64,000 bases of DNA from Caecitellus pseudoparvulus (taxonomy: Eukaryota; Protista; Bigyra: Bicosoecida), in contig CBFFRQ010000002.1 of assembly GCA_965644315.1 (NCBI GenBank), positions 37,774-101,773 of the forward strand, given 5' to 3'. The notes beneath the pieces were generated by a model that was not told where the DNA came from, made no database searches, and saw nothing but the letters and a program-made list of their open reading frames with translations. Both the position numbers and the translations under genes were made by a program. Shown here in pieces: positions 1 to 15,000 of the stretch (within the stretch, counting starts at the first letter, position 1; each line of letters begins with the position of its first letter).

Positions 1-3000
1 GTTACCTCGGCCAGCGCGGAGGAGTGTGCGCCTGTTGTTCTGAGCAAGAGCACGCACACGGCACGGTATTTGAGCGGATTTGACCCCAAGCGCCACCCCG
101 AGACCTCGAAGTTTGTTGACCACGTCTTTGCGCCACGGTCGGCGGCTCCCGCGCGTGTTGGCGGCTCGTTCCACCTGCGTGCCCAGCCCGCCGCAGACGA
201 AGAAGACATCACCATGGCGCCTGCCGTGGAGAAGCCACACCTCAAGTCCCAAGCCGCCTTTGCCGGGCAAAACGCTGCTTCGACTGATCCTGTCTTCAAG
301 TCTCATCACATCACCTTCCACGCGCTGCTGACACACGTGGTTTCCGGTGACGGCGTGGTGGAGCAGGTTGATGCTGAGGACGCTTGCACTGTGGCCTTGC
401 CTGACGGGCGCCATGCCGACGACTTGCTCTGCTCCCCCCAATTCCTTGCTCGTGGCTCCACACGAGAGTTGCCGGTAGAACTGCAGTCTGCCGCTGTTGC
501 CCTCGCCGGGACAGTCCTGCAGGTGCACCCTCGTTCGCTTTCCCGCCGCCTGTTGCACGCCCCGGCACACGAGGCGCACGGCAGCACGCTGCTCGAGGGC
601 TCCTTCCTGGACCTGCCCGTGGACTCAGATGAAGGTATGCGGGAGTCCACACAGACTGTGCTGGAGCGTGTCGGGTCTGCAGGTCTGTTGGCCGCGATGC
701 TGCGCTGCTTCGAGCTGTCTCCACGGGGCGGCGGTGAGGACGTGAACACCGCCAAGGAGGCGTTTGGAGTGGACCCAGCCGCGTGTCCCCACGTCCTCGC
801 TGACGCCATGCAGCACGATCAGCACGTGCGGGGCGAAGTGTTTGCGCTCATCACGTCTCGGGAGGAGCTGGGCCTGCTGTCCAATGAGGTCGTCTCGCGC
901 TTGCTGTCCTCAGTTGCCCTGTTCGGCGACGACGAGGCACAGGCTGCGCTGCTGCACCTCATGACCTCCCAGCATGTGGATGAGCGGGGGGATGACTTTC
1001 TGAACCACATCACCGGTGCGTTCATGATGATGCCCTCCCCCAGCGAAGGCACCGTGGACTCCATGCTCCGCGAGCTGCGGGGCGAGACGCTGGACTGGTT
1101 CCACCGTGCCCGCGTGCTGCTGGCGCTGGCCTCCATGGGCAACACGTTTGACGCTGACCACCCTGCCCGGGCTCGCATTCTGTCTGCCCTGGATGAGGAG
1201 TGGACAGTGGCATCTGCTCTCCACGAGGCAGCCGACCGCGTGTGGGCGCATTACCTTGCCGAGGCGCAGCGGCACCTGGAAGACATGTCAGACATGGATC
1301 AGCACAGGTGGTTGCTGGCCGTGCGTGCGTGGGACACCCCACAGGCGTCACAGGAAGCCTGGGACCACGCAGACGAGCGCGAGCGGGCCGAGTGGAAGGA
1401 GGACCTGCTGCACGCCTTCGCCGGCGAGATCAAGGCTGCTGAGGACGACAAGCGAGCAGCGGAGGCTGCTCGGCAACACGCCGCTGAGGTGTGCCGCCAG
1501 CCTGAATCGCTGGCTCGCCATCTGCGCACGATTGAAGCCGCCTTTGCTCCCGACGGGGGCAGGAGTGCCCTGCCCCGTGAGCTGCGAGACGGGGAAGCCG
1601 ACGAACTGTCCCCTGCGGCGCATCGCCTGCTGGCGCAGCGACTGTGCGAGGGGGTGGAGGCTGAGGCCGCCCATGCCTCAGGCTCCGTGCCTTCTTTCGC
1701 CTGGAACTCTACGTCTGCTTACGATGACATCACTGCCGGGATTCCAGAGGAGGAGGTGGGGGATTTCGTGCACATTTCGTCCCGTGGCCCGACACACGGT
1801 CGCCGCGGCCTGTCCCAGCACGAGCAGTTGTTGGAAGCGCTGCCCTCGCTGGGGAACGCCATGTCTGGTCTGGCCACGCTCATCCACGCCTATGCCAATA
1901 TGCGGGAGGAGGGGCGCCTTACGCGCCTGACGCCTTTCCTGCAGCACAAGTCTCGCCACTTGCGTCAGCACGCTATTTCCGCCCTTGAGCACTGGCCCTC
2001 TGCTCTGGAAGGTCTGCAAGATGTTCTGGCAGAGGCGCTGGACTCCCCCACCGAGGACAACGTTATGCGTGCCACTGCGCTGAGCAGCTTGGCCAACCTG
2101 CCCCGTGGCACGTTGCGTCCTCGTGCTCTGCGGGCAGTTACGCACATCGTGGATGTTGGGCACGCCCGCCAGTGGCGCCGCTGCTCTGCTGCGTGCACTG
2201 AGAAGTGTGTGCGCCGCGACCAGGGCCGTTGTCAGAAGCGCTGCGACAAGCAGTGCAGCTTTGACTTCTCCATGATGCAGGCGGCTGCCCAAGTCCTGGC
2301 CAGCCACATCCCCGTGCCAGGCTCGGACGCTGGCATCCCCGAGGACTCCTTCGGGCGCCAGTACTACCAGCCCTTCCAGACCAGCGAAGCCCAGCGAGCT
2401 GCTGCAGCAGAGGACATCGCGAAGGCTGTTGGGTTCCCTTCCTCAGGCCGCGCTCTTGGCGCTGCCGCCCCTCGCCGCCGCGAGCTGAAGGAGTGGTGGG
2501 AGACCATTGCGGAGATCTTGAACCCGTCCTGGACCAAGATCTACTTCCGCCTGGGCAGCAAGGAGGGCTGGGAGAAGTGGCTGGGCAACACCGAGTTTGG
2601 CCTGTACGCTGGCATCCGCCTGGAGAACAGCCTGGAGCTGAGCCTGGGCTTGTTCGGCGGATTCTTCGAAGTGGACGTGTTCAACACGGCCCGCCTGTCT
2701 GCGTTCATCCTCGGTTTCGAGATCAAGCTCATCGACGCGAAGGCCGCGGTGAACTTTGGCTTTGAGTTTGTGGGGCTGATCCCTCGTGACCTGCTGGAGA
2801 AGTTCAACAACGCGTTCGACTCCTTCGTGACAGCTGTTAAGTCCATCATCGAGCGCATCATCGGCATTGCGCAAAAGGTGGAAGATACTCTGAGACTGGC
2901 AGTCACTTACTTTGACAGGGTGGACAACGAAGTGGCCATGTGGACCGACCGTGTCAACAACTTCATTCTCATCCTGAAGGACGCTCGCGAGTTCACGCGG

Positions 3001-6000
3001 CAGGTGGACCGTTTCATGGACCAGGCGGAAGAGTTCCTGAAGGTGGCAGATGTCATCCAGCAGATCTCAGACCAGTTCGACAAGGTTGAGGAACTCATCG
3101 ACAGCATTACGGCTGACGACATCATCGACTTCGTCGAGGAGCACTTCGAGAAGGTCAACGAGTGGTACGAGGTTGTGCGCAACTACTCCTCCAAGGCGCT
3201 GGGCGTGCTGAACACCGTGGATGGCCTCATTGGCAAGGGTGCTGGCATTGTGGACAAGGTTGCAGATGGTGCCGTTCAGGTGAACGAGACTGTGCACATC
3301 ATCACCAGCGCCATTCGCTCCTCCAAGGACACGCTCCTCATGGTGGCAGACGCCGCCGACAACTCCCTCGGGGACCTGACTGGCAACGTCGTGGGCGTGC
3401 TGGACAAGGCTCTCGGCTCTGACATTGCGGAGCTGACGAAACCCTTTGCCAACATCTCCAGTTTCATGGACGCCTCTACAAACGTCATCAAACGCTTTGT
3501 GGAGCAGCTGGATGTGTCCACGCTGGAGGACCTGGCAGCTGACCCGCTCAGTGCGCTGGCATCTGCTGCCGGCGCCGCTTTCGACACGCTGCTTGGTAAG
3601 GCGCTGCAGGAGCTGCTGGCTGGGGCGAAGGGCTTCATGAAGTCAGCTATCGGTGTAGGCCTTCCCGATGGCCTCCCGTTTGGCTCTGCGCCTGTGAAGG
3701 CCCTGGAGGGGCTTCTCGATGGCGCGTTCAGTCCGGCAGGGCTAGCGGACCTCGTCTCTGACCTGCTGAGTTCTGTGGGAGACATCGTGGGGGAGGGAGC
3801 CGGTAAGATTGCTGACCTGGTGAACGAGTTCCTGCAGGAGGGCCTGCAGGTCATCAACATGGAGGGGGCGCGCTCCGCTGTCGTCAACGCCGCAAAGCGC
3901 GTGGTGCAGGCTCTGAGTGCTGACCCCTTTGACGGCTCTGGTGCCAGCTCTGGTGGTGGTGTCCTGAGCACGCTCAGTAGCATCGCTTCGGCCAGCGGCG
4001 GTCCCGTCGCCGATGGCTCAGGCTTGGACCTGGACAGCATCGCTTCCGCCCTGGAGGCTGTGCGTGGAGACATTGGCGGGAGCCTCTCCGACGCCGCAAG
4101 CCAAGCCTGGACTGAAGCAGTGCTGCCAGCGGTGCAGCCACTGCTGGCCAACATTACGGGCGTCGCAGGCAGCTCGGTGACCGAGGCCCTGCAGGGCTTG
4201 CTCGGTGACTGCGACATTACCGCTCTGACCTGTGACACTGCCGGCCCTGCTGCAAAGGCGTTTTCCTCTGCGGTGCTGGAGCAGATTTCCGGCCACCCAG
4301 CTTTGCCAGCCCTGGAGCCCTCTGCACTCGTTAACAGCTTGATCGAGCGCATTAAGGCCTCGTTGGGACAGGAAGCCACCGGGCTCTTGAGCCTGGCCTT
4401 GCCAGCCGGTAGCGAGGCTGCCGGGTTGCTGGCCAGCGCCAAGGACATGTGGGAACAGCAATCGTCGGTCGCCTTGCGGCACTTGAAGGCTGTTCCGAAT
4501 GCCCTGCCGAAGCTGGAAAGCACCCTGGCTGAGCTCATTGATGAGGCCTCTGACAAGATTGGGAGTCTCACTTCTGAGCTTGATGGATACACTGATGCCC
4601 TGCGCTCCGAGGTGACAGACCTCTTGGCGCAGCAATCCTCCACTCTGCCTGCATATGCAGAAGCTCAGGCGGTGGCTGTTGCTCTGACGAACGTCTCGCA
4701 GGCACTTGTGCTGGCTGTGGAGAGCAGCTCGTTTTCAGGACCTGACGGGGAGCTCGGCGGCACAGTGGACCTGCTGGTGCAAGTGTCTCAGGACTGCCTT
4801 GCTGTCCCTGGTGCTGGCGTGCTGCGAAAGCCATGCTCGACTGCGTTGACCGCCGCCCGCGTCCTGCGACCCTCTGTACAGGCGATGCACGCCATCGTCA
4901 CGGCGGCGTCTGGGTCGAACAATGTCTTGACGTCCCAGGACAACCTGAAAGCTGTGTTGAACGCGGCTATGGACGCCTGGGGTGATGCCGTGGAGGACTG
5001 GCTGACGCAGTGGCAGGCGCGCGCGTCGTTTTCGACCTCCTTTATCCCGGCAGCTATTGAGTTGGCGGCAGAGGTGCAGGCTGCAGTTGTGGAATCTCCA
5101 GAGGCCCAGGCAGCAGCATGCCTTGCCGATACATTCTCTGCTGAGCAACGCCAGGGGCTTGCCAAGTCCGCAGGCTTGTGTGCCAGTGTGATTCGGGGGG
5201 TGCCTGACCTTACTCTGTCTGACGCTTTGACTGCTATTCCAGAGGCCATCTTGGCCTGCGCAGGGACGGTCCAGGCGCTAGAAGCTTCCTCTTGTGGCCT
5301 TGTCTCCCTGGACGCCTTTACAGAGGAAGCCGCTGCGCTTAGTCTCCCCGTGGGCGCATCTGAGGTCGAGTCAGGGGTCCTCACCGCCGTGGCTTGGTTG
5401 GCCCGGCTCCGCGCAGGCGCCAACCTGGTCACCGGCTCGGTCGACGCTGTGAAGAGTGCTGCACAGTTGCGCCTGCTGTCCCCCGAGGCCTTGCTCGCCA
5501 TTGTATCGTCTGAGGATGGTGGCAGTTTGATGGCCACCTTGGATGAGCTGCAAGTGGCAGCAGCTCCCATCGCACAAGCCGCAAATTCGCTCAAGGCTCA
5601 GGGCGCCGCCTTGGCTTCGTGGAAGCTTGTGCGCAGCGTGTCAGCCGGAAGCGGCTTCACCGCACCACCGTCTGTGCCATTGGAGGAGCTCTTGTCTTTT
5701 GACCTTGACGTCGCTGGATTGCTCAAGTCAATGAAGGCCGTCCGGGAGGGTGCCCGGGCCATCGGTTCTTTTGCCATGGCCACGAAAGCCGCAGGTGACT
5801 GGCTTCGCGGGATGGCGTCCGACCCATCTGCTGCTCAGGCAAGCAAGCTGAACGCGACAGTTTGGACCCTCGTCGACGCTGCCTCTGCCGCCGCGGGCGC
5901 GCTGGCGGTGATCGATGGCGGAAGTGCTGCGTCTGGACTGCATGAGGCACGCATGGCTCTCCTGTCACTGCAAGTCGAGGCTATGTCGCTGGCTGACGAA

Positions 6001-9000
6001 TTGGAGGGCCAAGTGGCGGGTTCTGTGCAAGTGCTTCGTCGCTTGAATGAGACGGTGCTTGGCGTCGCACTGGATGTTGAGATGATTTCGGACCTCGCGG
6101 CGCTGTCTGCCGCTGTAGAGGAGGCCGCAGAAGATGCGGCCTTGCGAGGCGCTCCGGTGCCTCAGGTGGTGTCTCGCACTACACAGCTGCTGGCTGACCT
6201 CGGTGTCGGTGGGGCTCTTCCTGCCCTGGCACGCCTCAGCAAGTATGTGACCGCCTTCAGCGATGTGATGCAGTTGCTTCCCCCTGTTGTCGAAGCGTGG
6301 CTTGAGGTGGACGCTTCGCTTCCTGTTGCAGTCTCTGCCGTTGCCTCTCTTGAGTTCAGTGCCAACCCGATGGAGTGGCAAGTGAACGGGGCTGTGAGTG
6401 CAGGTGCTGACGCTGCCCGCTCCGTGCACGGCGTGGTTGTCGCGGTCGAGGCAGTCCTTGTGGCGCTTCCCGACGTTCCCTTGCCTCAAGCTGCCCTCGC
6501 TCGTGTCGGTGCTGTGGCTAGCGAAGCTGTGCCGGGTGCCGCGACCCTCGCCAAGTTGCAGCGCGCGGCTGATGTGCTTGTTGCAACTGCCGAGGTTGTG
6601 CAGCACGTACCTGCGATTGTCGACGCCGTTCGGAGTGTGGTCAGCGCAGTGAGCGGGGATCCTGCTGCCTTGCTCGATGCAGGCGCTCACGTGCTTGCCA
6701 ATGAGCTTGAAGTGATGGCAAACGCCACAGACGCACTGGTCGAGTCCGTGCTGCAGCACTCAGCACTCGTGTCCCTGCCAGGGTTCACAGTGTCCCGTGG
6801 GCAGTCCCTGTCTAAAGCTGTGCGATCCGTCGTCATCTTGGCTGAGGTGTGGGCTGCCACCACAGAAGTCGTGCAAGCAGTGCCGCCCGTAGTGTCTGCT
6901 GTGGCTGGCGCCTCTTCACCGGCTGACCCTGTCCCCGCCATTCAGGCGCTGGGGGAGGAGTTGCAGGCGTGGGTGGTGCTTGTGGACCGCCACGCCTCCA
7001 ACGCGGGGCTAGATACATCTGGCATCCAAGCAGCCGCCGTTTCTGCCGCACAAAAGGCAGAGGCTGCCGCCGCTCGTGCCGTGCAGAAGTTCTTGGCGCC
7101 CATCCACAAACTGCTCCCGTCTGCCCGTGCTGTGGCCTCTTTGATTTCAGCTGTCGAGACTGGGGAAGGTGCCTTCACTGCTGCAGTTTCCATCACGTCA
7201 CTTTCTCTCGACGAAGCCGGCGATGCGCTGCTGGACGGCACGGTCGTCATGGCCGCGGCCCAGGCCGCAGATGCCATGGCGACCACCGTCGAGGTGCTGC
7301 ACGGCTCCGGGCTGCCCAAGATCGCTGCGCGACTTCCTGACCCATCCAAGCTCACCGCAATCTCCCAAAAGCTGCGCCACGCCCAGGCCCTTGGCTCGTG
7401 GCTGGTTCAGTCTGGGCGTGCCGCAGTGTCGGCAGTTGAAGCCCTTGCGTCCTCGTCGGCAGCTCGGAAGGATGTGGCTGGCGTCCTTGAGCGTACATTC
7501 AAGGCGGCGAGCGTAGCCTGCGGCACAAACTGCTCCCTGGCCATCTCTGCCCTGCCTGTAAATGTGTCGGTCAAGGTGGAAGGAGTCCGCAGCCTGCTTG
7601 TTGTGGGGGCGGAGGTCGCTGGCATCGCCGCCTCTGGAGTGCAAGCCGTGACTGGACTGGTTGAGGCCATCGGGGATGGCGAAATCCGCGAGGCCATTTC
7701 TGTCGTACGCAAGGATGTGCTGCCCCTGGTTGACCGTGTGGCTAGTTTGGGTGACCTGCCCCTGGTGAACCTTCGGCCCTTGCTTGGCTTGGCTCCAGTT
7801 GACACGCTCACGCGCGTCGCGACGGCTGCAGGAAACGCCCGAGACTCTGTTGTGAACGCCATCGCTGACGCCACTGGTCTCAAACCTGAGCACATCTGGC
7901 CATTGCCGCTTGACAGCCTGCTTTCGGCTGCGGACACGGCTGAGCGGGTCGTGGATGAGCTGAAGGGCGCCCTGAACTCAATGGGGCCTGCCATGGTGGA
8001 GGACGCAGCCGCCTCGCTGAACGCATTTGCCCAGGATGGCCCAGATGGCTACAGCTTGCTGCAACGACTGACAGATGCAGTGCAAGATTCGTTGGGCGCA
8101 TCTCTGGACGCACTGGAGTCTGGCGTGCTCCGTCGGGCCCCGGACGGCTCTGGGGCTCAGCTGGCCCAGTTGGAGTCTATGCTTGAGGCATTGAACGCGA
8201 CAAGCCTGACCACCAGTGAAGGTGCGTCCGGCGAGTTCGGCTCCTCTGCCGGCTCCATCATCGCAGCCCTCCTTCAAGGTGGCTACAACTCCAGCACCTT
8301 CGTGCCCTCGGTGTCGGGCATTGCGTCAGCTGCTCTTGCCGCTGGTCAGGATCTTGCCATGAAAGAAGTGCATTCCGCAAAGCACAAGCTGGAGCCCTGG
8401 CTGGACGAGCTTGTGGGTGTGCTGCCAGCGGGTGTGTCCAGTTCAGGGACAGGTTCCTTGCTGCAGACTGGAGCGGGCGTGTTGACTGGACGGCTCCCAG
8501 CTCAAGCCATCATGGATGAAGCAATTTCGTTTGCCTCACAGCAGGCGCTCGCGGTGTGGCAGGCAAACAAGAACTCCATAATCGAAGTCGTGGGCGCAGC
8601 ACTGCAGCACGCACGCCCAGTGCAAGCTGCTTTAGAGGCAATTTCTGCCGAGCTCAAGGCTGCCAGGCCCGCAGTCATCTTGAAAGACGCCGTTAAGCTG
8701 GTGGCGAGCATTTCAAATGCTCTTGCAGACAGGTACGAGTTTGCAGAGGAGGGCACGCAGCCGCTCTCGTATGCGCCCGCCGCTGCCGCGATCGAGGAGC
8801 TCAACGCAGCCTTGGCAGAGGTGCAGCTGCAGCTGCAACTCGCCATCCCTTGTCTGGAGAGCTGCGATGACGGCATCGATGTCCAGGCTGCCTTGGAAGC
8901 CTCATTCACCTCGGTTAACAACCTCGCAGCACAGGTCATGCGCACCGCTCGTGCCTTGGCAGCTGCAAAGAAGGCCCTGCACCCGCAGCTGCACCCCGAG

Positions 9001-12000
9001 CTGTATGCAGACTTGACACCCGGCGGAGAGGCAGCACTGTTTGACGCACGTGCACTGTTCGCCCGTCGCTCAGATGCTGGGGACCTTGCTGAGATTGCGA
9101 TCAACGCCACGCTCGTCTTGGATCTTCCCTTGGATGCCACTCTGCGGACCATCACCTCTGTCACTGCTGCGCTGCAGCTGCCAGTGTCCATCGCTGGAAT
9201 CTTCAAGGACGCGTCAGTGGCTGCGAGCCAAGGACAGCCCCCATTGGACGTCTTCATGGATGCCGTTCGATCCCTGGACGTGGCTGCTTTGACGCCTCAT
9301 GCGTGGGTGCTGCAGGCCATTCTGCCTGTCGAGCCTGAGACAGCAATCGCTGAGGTTGTTGCTGCTGTCGGGGCCGCCCGCAGTGCAGTTAGCAAGGTGC
9401 AGGGCGTCGCCTCTGCATCTGCCCGCACTGTCAAGACCCTGGCTTCGGCTTTGCGCTCCGCCGAGGTGTCTGCATCTGGCTTGAGTCGCGCCTTGTCCGC
9501 TGGAGAAAGCCCACTGGCATTGCAGCCACAAACCCAGGCACTGCTGCGCTCTACGTGCGACATCGTGCAGACTGCAGCACAGCTGCCAGAGAAGGACCCG
9601 GTCGCTCAAGCAGTTGCCCCAGCGGCCAAGGTGATTCTGAATGTCCTCCCGGCCCCGACAACTTCTGAGACTAGCTGCGCGGAGATGGAGGGGTCCGTGT
9701 CCAAGGCCATGGCAGTGCTGAACCTCGTGCAGACCCTGGATGGCCTGCCACTCAATGAGGTGCAGGATATCGGCAGTTTTGTATCCCTACTTGGCACTGC
9801 AGCAGTGCCTCTGGCGCACGGCAAGCCCACTGGCCCATTCAAGGATATTCTCCAGCTTGCCCTGCAGGGCACCCTGAACGATATGCGCGCTGCATTGAGC
9901 AGCGAGCTGTCGACCAGTGACGAGGAGACGCTGCTGGCTGCTGTTGACGGTCTGAGCTCGTTGGTTGAGGCCATTCAAGCCCGTCCTTTTTCGCTACAGG
10001 CTCTTGTTCAGGCTGCAACCAAGGCTGTGAATGTCACGGCGCCGCTTGCTGAGCTGAAGGCACCTGAGGGGCTGGCGGATCAGGTATGCACCACGACGGC
10101 CATTCCTTCCAACGTAACAGCCACACTGCAGGTGGGTGTCCCGGGGTACGAAGCAGTGATTGTTGCAGACGTTGACGTGCGGTCTGAGTGCCGAGAGGTC
10201 GTGGCTCTTCTCGATGCTGCCGGCTCCGCCACAGTGAATGCTGCCGTGGGGCTTGCAAAGTCGTCGGGCATCATTTCCCGTCTCGCACAGCTGCAGCAAG
10301 CTGTGGAGGCTGCGGCGTGGCTTAAGCCGATGCTGAGCCTCTTGGCTGACGGCGCGAAGGATGCGCTGCTGCCAGTTCTCAAGCAGGCAGTATCCCAGGT
10401 GATTGGGTCTGCTGCAGGCGGGATTTCAGATTCATCCCCTGAAGCTGCAACAGCCATGGACACGCTGCGAACGCTCGTTGGCATGTTCAAGGACGTTTTT
10501 GTCGACGGCCTCAGCGTTGAAGGCGTGGTCGACCAGATCACGTCTTCTGCAGAAAAGGCAGCGCAGGGATGTGTTGATGGTAGCATCACAGATGATGTTG
10601 CGTCCTTGTGCTTTGCGACTGCGACGCGATTCGAGCTGTCCACTGAGTGTGTGGCCACGATTGTGGACACCTGCGCGGCGGTGCAGCGCGTCAAGGATTC
10701 CGACGGTGCAGCTGCCGTTGTGGGCGGTGTGAAGTTGCTGCACAGCCTCGCACACCTGCAGGCTATTGCCCCTGGCGCTCTGGAAGCTGCCGAGGAGTGG
10801 AAAGACGTACAGGCGCTCGCAAGTGTTGTGCAGGACTCATGGCCCCAGCTCGATCTGCTCGGCAGCGTGCCTGGCTTGAGCAATGTGCTTGCCAAGTCTG
10901 GCGACATTTTCCTAGCCGTCGAGACGGTTCTGTCCTTCGCAGAGGTTCTCCGCAAGCTGCCCGACGTTGCATCGCACGCCGCTGCATCTCAATCTGCTGT
11001 AACTGCGCTGTCCCCCGGCGACGATGCTGCGTCTGTAGTCCTGAGTGCCCTAAGCAACTTGGCAAAGGACCCCGTAATGGAGTCTAGCGCGCAAATCGCC
11101 CAAGTTGGCAAGATCCTGGAGCGCAGCAAAGCGGCTGTCTCTGACCTCATTGCCACGACCCCAGGCCTTTCTGCCACTGAGCGAGATGCGCTTCGAAGCG
11201 TCGTCTCGGGCGCCGTGTCTGTGCAGGATACGCTGACTTTGCACCCCAGCTTGCAGCGCCACGTGCTTTGGGCATCTGTCAAGGCAACTGCGGACAGTGC
11301 GGCTGTCAAGGCGGTCAGCGTTCTCGGAAAGGCTTTCCGACTCTTGACGCTGGCTTCTGACGGCGTGCGCCTGGTGCAGGGCGTCGCCCAACGCGTGGCC
11401 GAGGCAGAGTTCGGCTCCGTCACAGCCATTGCAGATTTGGCTGAGGGGCTCTCTGTTGACCTCGCGGCTGGAGCAGAGTTCATGCAGGCAGCTGATGCAG
11501 AAGAGTTCAGCTCCACGTTCAGCTGGGCTTCCGCTTGGCTCGCGACAGCAGCTACAACTGCACGGTCAGCTGATAGCCTCACGTCAGAGCTGCTTGCGCT
11601 GGACGTGACGGACGCTGACTCAGTCTTTCGTCTTGCTTGTTCAGCTGTGTCCCTGACTTCAGCTGCTTCCCCCATTGGTATCCCCAGCATCACCCTCGAT
11701 GCCACCGGTTTCGTGAAGGCGCCTTTGAGTGCTCTCACGGCCGCCGGCATCGTGCAGGTGTCTGTGGGTACCGTTCCGTCGCCAGAGGAGGCGCCTGCTG
11801 GCTCCATTGCGCTGCAGAGCTCTGCTGCTGGCGCACAGCCCTGGAGGAAACTCTCCATTGGGGATGCCTTTGCTGTGAGTGTGAATAAGGCAGGGAACGC
11901 GACGCTCCCTCTTGTGGGAGACGATGGTCTCTGCATTTGGCAAAGAACCTTTGCGGAGATACTCTCCGAGGTTGCTGCTGCGGCACCTGAGTCGAGCCCC

Positions 12001-15000
12001 CTCGAGGCGGCTGCGTCCGCCCTGTCGAACACCATGGCGACCCAGGCCCCCATTCACACGATCCACTGCACAGACTGCGGCTCTGCAGACGAGGCGTGGC
12101 ATGTGACAACTATATCTGTGAACTGGCCAGACCTTACCCTGTGGAAGGCACTGGGCGCTGCATCTGCCTGGATCTCCACCACCGAAACTCTGCAGCCTCC
12201 TCCAGCAAGTGTTGTGGCTCCCCTGGCTGCCGGTCTGGAGCAATCTGTTGCGGCAAGCAAGGTTCAAGTGCTTGCAGCCAACTTGAAGGAAGGCATGGCC
12301 AAGGCTCAGGCATTCCTCCGCGGCACAGTGGGCAAGGTGCTCGACATTGCTGCCCGTCTCATGCTGGCCCGTGACATGCTGGAGCGGGTCATTTCCCCCG
12401 AAGCCTGTGAGGCAGGCTGCTCTCTCCTGTGGCAGGTGGTGTTCGGTGCCGACGCCGCGCTTGATGTCGCAATGTTCGCAGGCTTGCCAAAGGAGCCGGC
12501 CTTCGTGCTGCGTGCCCTGCTTCGCGCCTTTGCAGATCTTGCAGGGCCCGCTTCAGAAGGTCTCCCGCTTGCAGACCGCGCGCGGGCTGCGGTCGCCACA
12601 CTGCGTGACGGGTTGGAGGCGAGCGGATTGCTGGACTCAGCCTTCTCAACGTTCGAGGATGTCTTGTCTGACATTCAGATTGAGGCCACCTCGCAGTTTG
12701 ACATTGCTGGCATGACGCAGGCTGGTCGGGCTGCATCCGAAGTGATGACCCTTGCCTTTGAAATCGGCGAGTCGGCATCCACTTGCGTCGTTTGCGTGAG
12801 CACAAGCAAGTTTACGCAGTTCCTTGACACAACTTCCAAGCTCTCTGCTGCTTTGGACACCATCCCCCCCGAGAGCCGCCCAGTGGAGTGGCGGGACGCG
12901 GTTGGGCGCATGCGAGTGGTGGGCATGGCAGCCACAGCTTACAAGACAGCAGTGACCGTGCAAGTTGGCCTCGCTGGTGCAAAAGCGGCTGTTGATGGCG
13001 TCATCGCGGCAGTGGAGGATGTGGAGTACCTCTGGGAGGATGTTCGCCAAGGCCGTGCCACGATTCAACAGGTCATCACAGTGGCCCGGGGTGTTGGCGA
13101 GAGCATCTGGTCTGCACTGCTTGCGCCTGCTGCCGAGTGGGTTGACATGGTTGCTGGGCCTGAGTGGTTGGATTCTCTTCCAGCTTTACTGGATGAGGTT
13201 GCGTTGGCTGCCTCACCACTGGCAGTTCTCGACGCAAGCTCGGCTCAAGAGGGTGTCCAGCTCCTCGTCTCTGTGTCCAACTTGTGCACGCAGTTGGCCA
13301 AGGCTGCACGTGGTGGTGGCTTGGCAGCCGTCTTGTCTGGTAGCCAAGGCAAGCACACGAGCAGCATTTTGTCACACCTGCTGGTGCAAGTGTCACTCCT
13401 GCAGAAGCAAGGCCCTGATGCCCTTGCAGATCAACTTGTCTCTGCGGGTGTGGATGAGAATGCCGTTGGGTCGCTGGTGGATTTCGTAGAGGCCATTCCG
13501 TTGCCCCCCGCAGTCGCCTCAGCCGCTGCCGATCTGCTGGCCGTTGTCGCCTCTCTCGAGTCTGCAAGCGCCGTAGCTACTTTAGTGTCTGACATGAAGG
13601 CCGCCGTGGAGTCTGCGTCGTTTGACATCTCAACGCTCACGACTGCGCTGGACACCGTGCAGTACATCCAGACCTGGAGCATGACAGACGAGTTTGCCGC
13701 AGGTCACATGCTCCGGCTTGCGCTGGGGAACTCCAGCCTTCCAGTGTTTATCTCTTCCCTCCCTGCGAACGAGTCTGAGGCGTTGGTGCACGCTGCTTCC
13801 GACGTGGCTGCTGTTGCAGCACGCAGTGGCGCCATGGGCTTGGCTTCCGAGGCTCAAGCTCGTGCACCCCAACTTGCAGCCTCTGTGTTCAGTGTCTTCT
13901 CCAAGCATCAGCGCATCCTGAGCCAGCTTGCATCCGTCATGGATGTTGCGGAGAACATTGTCGATGTGGCGGGGGAGCTTGTGTCAACGGCATCGTCTGC
14001 AGGGGACCGACTCAGCGTGGTTGGCGCTGCCGGTTTCGGGCCCGAGCTGTTCAGCATCATCGTGGACCTGCTCCGCCCGCTTCGCACGACAGTGGGCACC
14101 ATCACCGCATCTGTCATAAACCCGTTCATTGGATCTGCTGCCGGCCTGGACTTGTCAGTGGAGCCTGCTGCTGCTTCCAATGGTACAAGCAGCTTGCTGG
14201 CTGAGATCGTCTCCGCTGGTCGTAAGCTTGCGGATGCGACCAAGGCTCGCCTGGTTGCAGACCTTAAAGCCGGTGCCACTGAGCGCCTTGGTGAAATTGC
14301 TGCCACCTTCAGTCCAGAGGCTGTATTCAACGTGTCGCGCTCTGAGCTAACCGATGCCGGCGTGGATGTGCTCGTGGAGGTGATCCTTTCTGGTGCTGTT
14401 AACGAGACGGCCCTCGCAGTGGCTGGTCTGACTTTGCCTGAAGGGCTGGTTCGTGTGTCCAGGGCCGCTCAGGGCATCTCCACCGCCCAAGCTGCAGTGG
14501 GCAGTGTCATTGCCGCGGTGCAAGGCGCCATGCAGGCTGCCCGAGCCGAGCTTGATGGCGGTATCGTGCCTGTGGCTCTGACGCCGCCTAGCGAGCTGCT
14601 TCAAACTGTGTTGGAAGATGAAGTAGTGTTGCGGGAAGCCCAGGCTGCGGCCATTGGCTTCGTCTCTGCCTTCAACGACTTGAAGGAAGCAAGTGAGGGC
14701 CTCCCAGTTGACTTCCTGTCGAACCTCATGCCCACTGCCTCTCCAGCACAAGTTGCTGCCGCGAACAAGGCCTGGTCATCGCTCATGTCTGCCGCGCGGT
14801 ATTTGCCAGGCGACCGTACTGTCGTTGCTGTCGCCAACGCGGCCGGTGCTTTGCACCAGCTACTTGGCGCCATTGAAGATGTGGCGGATGCAGCTGGGGA
14901 TGTCATGGACGCTCTCCCCACTGGAGAGGGAGACTTGGCAGACCCCGCCGCCGTCGCCATCTCGTTGGCAAGCGCATTGGGCGCATTTGTTCGTGTGACT

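Noticed and set aside
70-72. TTG start for the giant ORF
   Set aside because: The frame is open back to base 1, so the real start lies outside the window.
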